This document shows positions 38,610-48,817 of a stretch of DNA of 64,000 nucleotides, one piece after another. The position numbers and the translations under genes are program-made. Location: the NCBI GenBank assembly GCA_035516255.1, contig DATJAL010000018.1, forward strand, positions 22,992 through 86,991. The letters run 5' to 3'. Each line of letters opens with the position of its first letter. Within the stretch, counting starts at the first letter, position 1. Under the pieces are notes generated by a model. The model was given only the letters and a program-made list of their open reading frames with translations, was not told the origin of the DNA and made no database searches. The DNA is from Chitinivibrionales bacterium (GTDB lineage Bacteria > Fibrobacterota > Chitinivibrionia > Chitinivibrionales > FEN-1185).

Positions 38610-38802
38610 GGATTTCCGGACTGACAAAGATGGTTTAACCGGCGAACGTAAAAACAAAAATGAGCCAAAACCGGTTAAATGGGATCTTTTCACTGCGCGC
38701 GTTCAACAAACTCAGTTCGGTGTACGGGGGGCATAACCGGAACCATCAAACGGCAAATAAAATATATGAAAATACGGGGGGGTTCAATATAGTTGTCTAA
38801 AA

Positions 38803-39420
38803 TTATTTCCACGATTTCACGATTTTCACCGCGTCCCGCATCTTGTAATGGTTTTTGATGCCGGGCTTGATCTCCACGCCGCTGTTAAATTCCACAGCAT
38901 AGGGCGAGACGTTTTCAAGCGCCTCGCGAATGTTGGACGGATTAAGCCCGCCCGACAGGATGATGTTAGGGTATTTCTGCGCGGCCTTTTTCGCGATCGA
39001 CCAGTCAAACGTTTTGCCGCTGCCGCCGCGGCCCTCGCTCCAGGTGTCGAGCAGATAGCCGCTCACCTTGTAACGGCCGAGCGAATCGAGCGAGAAATCA
39101 GGGCCGACGCCGAATGCCTTGATCACGCCGCAGGAAAACCCCGCGGCAAGCTCGGGGGTTTCATCGCCGTGGAGCTGTACGGTATCGATGCCGGTCTGCT
39201 GATAAATTGACATTATGGTATCTGCAGTGTCGTTAACAAACACGCCGACCTTTGACACGAACGGCGGCAGCCTGTTAATGATGTCTTTTGCCGCGAACGG
39301 ATGGATGTAGCGCGGGCTCTGGGGGTAAAAAATGAACCCGAGCGCGTCAACGCCGAGGCCCACCGCGGTCTTGGCGTCTTCATACTGCGTGATGCCGCAG
39401 ATTTTTATTCGGATGGGCAT
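38803..39420 (-). CDS. trpF: phosphoribosylanthranilate isomerase
   Basis: MPIRIKICGITQYEDA...GVDALGFIFYPQSPRYI...VQLHGDE...ILSGGLNPSN. Confidence 0.9.
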   Translation of the reverse strand: MPIRIKICGITQYEDAKTAVGLGVDALGFIFYPQSPRYIHPFAAKDIINRLPPFVSKVGVFVNDTADTIMSIYQQTGIDTVQLHGDETPELAAGFSCGVIKAFGVGPDFSLDSLGRYKVSGYLLDTWSEGRGGSGKTFDWSIAKKAAQKYPNIILSGGLNPSNIREALENVSPYAVEFNSGVEIKPGIKNHYKMRDAVKIVKSWK

Positions 39421-39700
39421 AGGTAGAGTTTAAAATAAATCGGGGCGTTCCCCCTTGTTGAGGCGCGTTTTATCGCGCCTCAACAAGGGGTCGGTTCTCC
39501 CTCCGGGCTCGGCCTTGTTGCCGGACCGCCCGATGCCGCTTGCGCGGCAGGGTCGACCGGCATGAGGCAAATGATACAATAAAAAGCGCGAAGCGCAACT
39601 ACCTTACCTCAGGGAACGAAGTGACAATGCGCTCCGGCGCACCACTCCGGTCGCCCCTAACGCGGCGGCGGAGTTCTGTTGCGTAAAGAAGGTACAGTTG
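39421..39700 (-). promoter_or_regulatory. structured leader-like region upstream of trpF, related to the trpE leader
   Basis: Blocks 39630-39676 and 39442-39510 align with 44641-44685 and 44483-44524 respectively. Contains a 16-bp hairpin (39453-39490) followed on the RNA by GGGGGAACGCCCCGAUUUAUUUU. Confidence 0.35.
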
Positions 39701-39801
39701 CGCCGAGCGGAGGGTTAAATGAATAACAGAAGAATTATTCCGAAATAAATGCGGTCGGGAGTTTTAAGATGATTATCGAGGATCGATTCAACCCTTATTG
39801 T

Positions 39802-40032
39802 TTATTTTTCTTTTTCCGTTAATTTCTTCGCGGCTTTTGTCGGAAACAATTTCGCGTAAATGTCTTGTTGCCACTTGACAATTTTTTGAACGCACTCGGT
39901 GCAAATGTCCGCGGAACGGGTATCGTTAATAGGTATGTGATTAAAAACGGGATTATAATTTTTGATTTGGCTGCCGCATAAGGTGCAGTTCATGTTGTTT
40001 ACTTCTGCGGACGCTGCCGATTTGTTATTCAT
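39802..40032 (-). CDS. small zinc-ribbon-like protein
   Basis: ATG 40032 overlaps the upstream stop (ATGA). Two CxxC pairs (CTLCG ... CTECV). 76 aa, basic C-terminus. Confidence 0.5.
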   Translation of the reverse strand: MNNKSAASAEVNNMNCTLCGSQIKNYNPVFNHIPINDTRSADICTECVQKIVKWQQDIYAKLFPTKAAKKLTEKEK

Positions 40033-40799
40033 TTCAGAACCCCTTCCCTCAGCAACCTCATCAACCCCTCCTTCCACACCGGCCAGTCATGACCGCCCTC
40101 CAATTCGACCACATGTCCTTTTGGCAGCGCCTGCTCGAGAATGCGGATCCCTGGCGCAAGCTTGTCTTTAACGCCGTATGCGACATAAATCCGCGGACAT
40201 CCTGGACCGCCGCCTGCGCACCCTTTGAGCCATTGCCACAGGGGCCGTTCCCAATCCTTTTCGTCCACCTTGGCGGGCATTGACCACGCGCTGAGACCGC
40301 CTGCCTTCGTGATCTCCTGTATCGGCCCTTTCGATGTGGTATAAGGCCCCATTAAAATTATGCCTTCGATCACGCCCGGATGTTTCCATGCGTAAAGCTG
40401 CGAGCCCAGCCCGCCCATCGAATTTCCCAGAAACCAGATGCGGCGGTAGCCCTTGGCATTCGCGGGATCGATGATGTCTTTGGTGACACGCTCGTGGAGC
40501 GTGCGGTCGGCATAATAACCATAATGCACGTCGGCGGAGACAACGTCAAATGACGGCGCATAGGCCTTTATCGAATCGATAATGCCGTTGCCCTGCAGCA
40601 CCGTGATCGAGTCGCCGAAACCGGGAAGATAGACCAGGAGGCCGTCCTTGTGGGGTGCCCGTTCGTAGGTGATGGTGCGCAAGGGGATGACGGTGCGGGG
40701 GAGGCACAATAAAAATAAAGGTACGCAGAGAAAGGCAACAATCGGATGGATTAATGTGCTTGTTTTGATTGACATACGGCATTTGCCTTTTGTTTGCAT
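40029..40799 (-). CDS. alpha/beta-hydrolase (esterase/lipase-like), probably exported or membrane-anchored
   Basis: N-terminal hydrophobic segment. LVYLPGFGDS, nucleophile elbow GNSMGG, C-terminal GGHDW. Confidence 0.8.
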   Translation of the reverse strand: MQTKGKCRMSIKTSTLIHPIVAFLCVPLFLLCLPRTVIPLRTITYERAPHKDGLLVYLPGFGDSITVLQGNGIIDSIKAYAPSFDVVSADVHYGYYADRTLHERVTKDIIDPANAKGYRRIWFLGNSMGGLGSQLYAWKHPGVIEGIILMGPYTTSKGPIQEITKAGGLSAWSMPAKVDEKDWERPLWQWLKGCAGGGPGCPRIYVAYGVKDKLAPGIRILEQALPKGHVVELEGGHDWPVWKEGLMRLLREGVLK

Positions 40800-41259
40800 T
40801 TTGACAAATGTTATGGCGTTATGAGTTGTGCTAATTACTTTTCGCCGGGTTCTATAATGTCATGAAAAAATATAAATCTCCTACCTGACAATTCCAACTC
40901 CACACATGCCATTATATTCGTTCACATTTTCCGAGTTGCTTATAAGAATATATCGCTGCGAAGCGGCATACCACTGAGGATGCGTTACGAAGGGGCGACG
41001 CCTCGCGAGCTTTAATGCGAGCGAACTGGCGCGCCCCTTTGCAGGAAAGGGTGTGCTCCCGGATCATCCCGCGCCGGGCTATGCAACGTATTGATTGACT
41101 CTGCAGGCGCATGCGGCGCGGGCCAGGGGTAACCGCGAAGTGGTGTCCACGCCAGATACGAGCCCAATTGTTTTTTGGGGAGGCACGGTGCCGTGACCGG
41201 TAGGCGCCATGATTATTTAGCCAGTTATGAGACAGGCTGAACTTCTCCCCCGACTATTT

Positions 41260-42039
41260 TTATTCTTTCATTTCAGATAGTTCTTTTATCAACTTCCCGG
41301 GCTCATCCAACCTCATCAGGCTTTCTCCGACTAATAATGCCGAAACTCCCGTTTTGTAAAGCTGCTTCGCCTGTTCTCCGGTTTCAATTCCGCTTTCAGA
41401 AACAAGAACAATTTCTTTCGGCACATGCGGCGCGATAAAAAGCGTGGTGTTGCTGTCGGTCTTGAACGTGGCCAGGTCGCGGTTGTTAACGCCGACGCAA
41501 GCGGGGAGCGGCGACAGCTTGAACACTTTGTCAAGTTCCTTTGTCGAATGTATTTCGATGAGAATGTCGAGTGTTCTTTCCAGGCCCGCGTGGTACAATT
41601 CGTCCATCTGGCCGTTGGAGAGGCATGCGGCGATAAGCAGCATCGCGTCGGCGTTCATCGAAGCGGTCTGTTCAACCTGGACCGGATCAATGATGAAATC
41701 CTTTCTGAGCACGGGCAGCGGCACGGCGTTGCGGGCGGCTTCGAGATACGCCGTCGCGCCCATGAAGAATTTTTCATCAGTAAGGACTGAAAGGGCCGCC
41801 GCGCCGCCCGCGGCATACTTTTCCGCAATGGTCTTCGGATTGAAATCTTTCGCGATTACGCCCCTGCTCGGCGACGCCTTCTTGATTTCAGCGATTATGG
41901 CAAGGCCGTCTTGCTTTCGCAATGATTTTACGAACGGCCGAAGGTCCGAGGATCGTCCCGCAAAACGCCCGCGTTCTTTACGAAGGCGTTTGACCTCTTC
42001 TTTCTTTTCGGCAATGATGGTGTCGAGGATGGTAGCCAT
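41260..42039 (-). CDS. trpC: indole-3-glycerol-phosphate synthase
   Basis: ILDTIIAEKKEEV...IIAEIKKASPSRG...ALSVLTDEKFF...LRKDFIID...VGVNNRDL...VSESGI. Confidence 0.9.
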   Translation of the reverse strand: MATILDTIIAEKKEEVKRLRKERGRFAGRSSDLRPFVKSLRKQDGLAIIAEIKKASPSRGVIAKDFNPKTIAEKYAAGGAAALSVLTDEKFFMGATAYLEAARNAVPLPVLRKDFIIDPVQVEQTASMNADAMLLIAACLSNGQMDELYHAGLERTLDILIEIHSTKELDKVFKLSPLPACVGVNNRDLATFKTDSNTTLFIAPHVPKEIVLVSESGIETGEQAKQLYKTGVSALLVGESLMRLDEPGKLIKELSEMKE

Positions 42040-42060
42040 TTTATCTTGGTTGATTTAAAA

Positions 42061-42171
42061 AACATTCACCGCAAAGGCGCAAGGAGCGCAAGGATGAATA
42101 TTGTTTCCGAAGGGTGCCTCATTATAGTCTATGATTTACTTTGCGTCCTTTGCGCCTTTGCGGTGAATGTT
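42061..42171. repeat. long inverted repeat filling the trpG-trpC spacer
   Basis: aacattcaccgcaaaggcgcaa (42061-42082) is the perfect reverse complement of 42150-42171. The arms extend imperfectly for ~10 more nt, and the loop is ~45 nt. Confidence 0.8.
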
Positions 42172-42183
42172 TTGTGAGACAGA

Positions 42184-42756
<573 letters not shown>

Positions 42757-42810
42757 GGATGTTTATTCTCTCGTTTTTTTTTCATGACTTTAAAGATGAC
42801 CTATAAACAT

Positions 42811-42888
42811 TGTCATTCCCGCGGAAGCGGGAATCCATGGATGGTAATTTATTGGAGAAGAAGGACTCCCGCTTTCGCGGGAGTGACA
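42811..42888. mobile_element. MITE-like element, ~78 bp, with 26-nt hairpin-forming terminal inverted repeats
   Basis: tgtcattcccgcggaagcgggaatcc (42811-42836) and ggactcccgctttcgcgggagtgaca (42863-42888) are inverted copies. A related pair occurs at 61933-62065. Confidence 0.5.
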
Positions 42889-42988
42889 ATATCCCGTTTC
42901 CTGATTTTTTTAGAGTATCCATGAAATTGAATAAAATCTTTTTTCATAGTTAAATCAGCGTCATCATTGTAATCAGCGAAATCAGGGG

Positions 42989-44464
<1,476 letters not shown>

Positions 44465-44700
44465 AGTTATTTAATATTCGTATGGGTGTTCCCCCGTTTC
44501 GCGGGGTCGGCCGTCCTTCCGGTCCACCCCTTCGGGTGCTTCTCCCTCGTCAGGGATTTCCAAGGGTCACAAGGGTCGTCGTCTTTCGGCTCGGGCTGCC
44601 ACGGCCCCTCTATGCCTATCGGCGAGGGCCGGGCAGCGCCGCGCTCCAGCGCACCCTCCGGTCTACCGAACGCGGCGGCGAAGTTCCATTGTGCAAATTA
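44465..44700 (-). promoter_or_regulatory. structured leader-like region upstream of trpE, related to the trpF leader
   Basis: See 39421-39700. The conserved 3' block starts 18 nt upstream of the trpE ATG (21 nt upstream for trpF). Confidence 0.35.
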
Positions 44701-44753
44701 CTGACATGACGCCGATCAAACATTTTTCAAAAAACCGATATTTTTATCATGAA

Positions 44754-47414
<2,661 letters not shown>

Positions 47415-47530
47415 GACGCAAGGGCTCCAAAATATTTTTTTTCTGGTCTGTCATTAATCAAGGCGGAAAACGAAGGATAAAATATACAATAGCGCTGGAA
47501 AATTTGAAGGAGAAAAGAGGAAATAAAATT

Positions 47531-47558
47531 CTGGTGGGGGAAGTCTCCCCCCAGGCCC
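47531..47558. repeat. REP-like palindromic element (copy 1)
   Basis: ctggtgggggaagtctccccccaggccc. The reverse complement of 59533-59559 is ctggagggggaagtctccccctggccc. Core hairpin GGGGGA-AGTC-TCCCCC. Confidence 0.7.
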
Positions 47559-47749
47559 CCGGCATCCGCCGCACACAGGCAAGTCAAAAAGATTAATGTG
47601 CGGCGGCGATCCAGGGGCACACCCCCTCTTTAGCGCCGGAGCTCCCGCGGCCGGCGATCATTCGGGTGGCTGTCGATCCGGTAGTGGTAATAGAGAGTTT
47701 GCACGGCGGAAGGAAGAGATATTGTAAAGGGCAGATGTAAATAATGCCG

Positions 47750-47807
47750 TTTTCCCCTCCCCTGGTGGGAGCGGGGTGGCCTGAAAGGCCGAGGTGAGGC
47801 TAAAATC
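47750..47807 (+). repeat. GC-rich hairpin repeat (family shared with 51764-51856)
   Basis: ttcccctcccctggtgggagcgggg...gaggtgaggctaaaatc, compared with ttccccctctccgacggcggagagggg...ggggtgaggcgaaaatc. Confidence 0.55.
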
Positions 47808-47884
47808 TTATCAATAACAAGCAATCTTCCTTTATAAAAACATATATTTGCAAAACCAATAATCACACAACAAAGGACTTATCC

Positions 47885-48274
47885 GTGCCCATCGTCACCA
47901 TCAGCTTGCTAAAAGGCAAATCAAAAGAAGAAAAGCAACAAATCCTCGCCGCCGTACACGAGGCGCTGGTCGCCGCGTTTAAAATTCCGGATTGGGACAG
48001 GACGCAGAAGATCGTTGAATTCGACAGGGAGAATTTTGAAATACCCGACGGAAAAACCGGGCAATACACCATCATAGAGATTTCCGTGTTTCCGGGAAGG
48101 TCGCGTAAGGCGAAAAAAGAGTTGTACCGGGTCGTCGTGGAAAAGCTTTCGAAACTCGGCATCGCGGGTAACGACGTGTTTATCCTTCTCAACGAGCAGC
48201 CGCTTGACAACTGGGGAATCAGGGGAGGGAAAATGGCGAGCGAGATACAACTGGGGTATAAGCTGGATGTGTAA
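47885..48274 (+). CDS. tautomerase-superfamily protein (4-OT/MSAD-like)
   Basis: GTG start followed by PIVTISLLKGKS, so Pro1 is exposed after Met removal (the catalytic hallmark). 129 aa. Confidence 0.7.
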   Translation: MPIVTISLLKGKSKEEKQQILAAVHEALVAAFKIPDWDRTQKIVEFDRENFEIPDGKTGQYTIIEISVFPGRSRKAKKELYRVVVEKLSKLGIAGNDVFILLNEQPLDNWGIRGGKMASEIQLGYKLDV

Positions 48275-48817
48275 TGGTGGTTTTTATTTTGAGTTGTTTT
48301 GAATTGTCCGTCGCAATTGGGATTGCAATGTTGACCGCTTTAAATTTGTGGTTGATTTTTGCCGTTGTTTTTATTTCTTGTTCTCAATTAATGTTTCTGG
48401 AGCATAGTTCTCGCATTATTATTCTTTTTGATTATTTGAATCTTCCCGGTAATCAAGTTTAATTTGAGTTTTTCATCCGCCTCGTTATCAATAAACAGGC
48501 CGTCATTCTTGATTGTCAAATGCGTTATAAATACATCTTGAACATCCTTTTCAAGGTTGGAATCGTACCGGATTACATAAACCAGTTTTGTCCAAGTTAT
48601 TAATTTTGAAGCAGTGTCTATAGCGGCAATGAAAATCCGTCTGAATTTATTAGTGGAAGAAAGCGCCTTTTTTTACTTCAAGTTCCTGTATTTTAAATTT
48701 CATGCCGTCTTGCCTGGTTTTTGCATTTTGTAATTTCTGTTTTGCGTCCTTTACCGCACTGGAGCCTGTCCACTTCTGCTCAATATCGGAAATGAAATGC
48801 GGGGGCAACAAACCTGC

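Noticed and set aside
40950-41210. Possible RNase P RNA, tmRNA, SRP RNA or 6S RNA in the GC-rich spacer island.
   Set aside because: None of the universal signatures are present on either strand: GGAAAGUCCGG and ACAGAACCCGGCUUA for RNase P, the tRNA-like 3' end for tmRNA, and GUCCGGAAGGAAGCAGC for SRP RNA.
44465-44700. T-box riboswitch hypothesis for the trpE leader: the minus-strand RNA contains AAUGGAAC (a possible UGG specifier) and GAAGGGGUGGACCGGAAGG (T-box-like).
   Set aside because: The putative T-box core lacks the invariant GGUGGNACCGCG spacing. The UGG is not conserved in the related trpF leader (CAGAAC at the aligned position). No stem I AG-bulge or distal-loop motifs were found. 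It is retained only as an unclassified candidate leader.
44465-44753. Classical leader-peptide attenuation (tandem Trp codons) or TRAP-type (G/U)AG repeats upstream of trpE and trpF.
   Set aside because: The only short ORF I could read (MSVICTMELRRRVR*) has no Trp codon. No regularly spaced GAG/UAG triplet series is present.
47841-47850. TATATTTG ~35 nt upstream of the tautomerase GTG, which resembles the Bacteroidetes -7 promoter element TAnnTTTG.
   Set aside because: This is a single occurrence. I could not find the same motif consistently upstream of other genes in the window, and the organism's sigma-factor specificity is unknown. Too weak to annotate.
48274-48462. 62-aa hydrophobic mini-ORF overlapping the tautomerase stop (TAATG).
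   Set aside because: It is not annotated as a feature. It has no recognisable family, lies in an AT-rich patch, and overlaps in antisense with a longer (frameshifted) minus-strand frame. It cannot be decided from the sequence alone.
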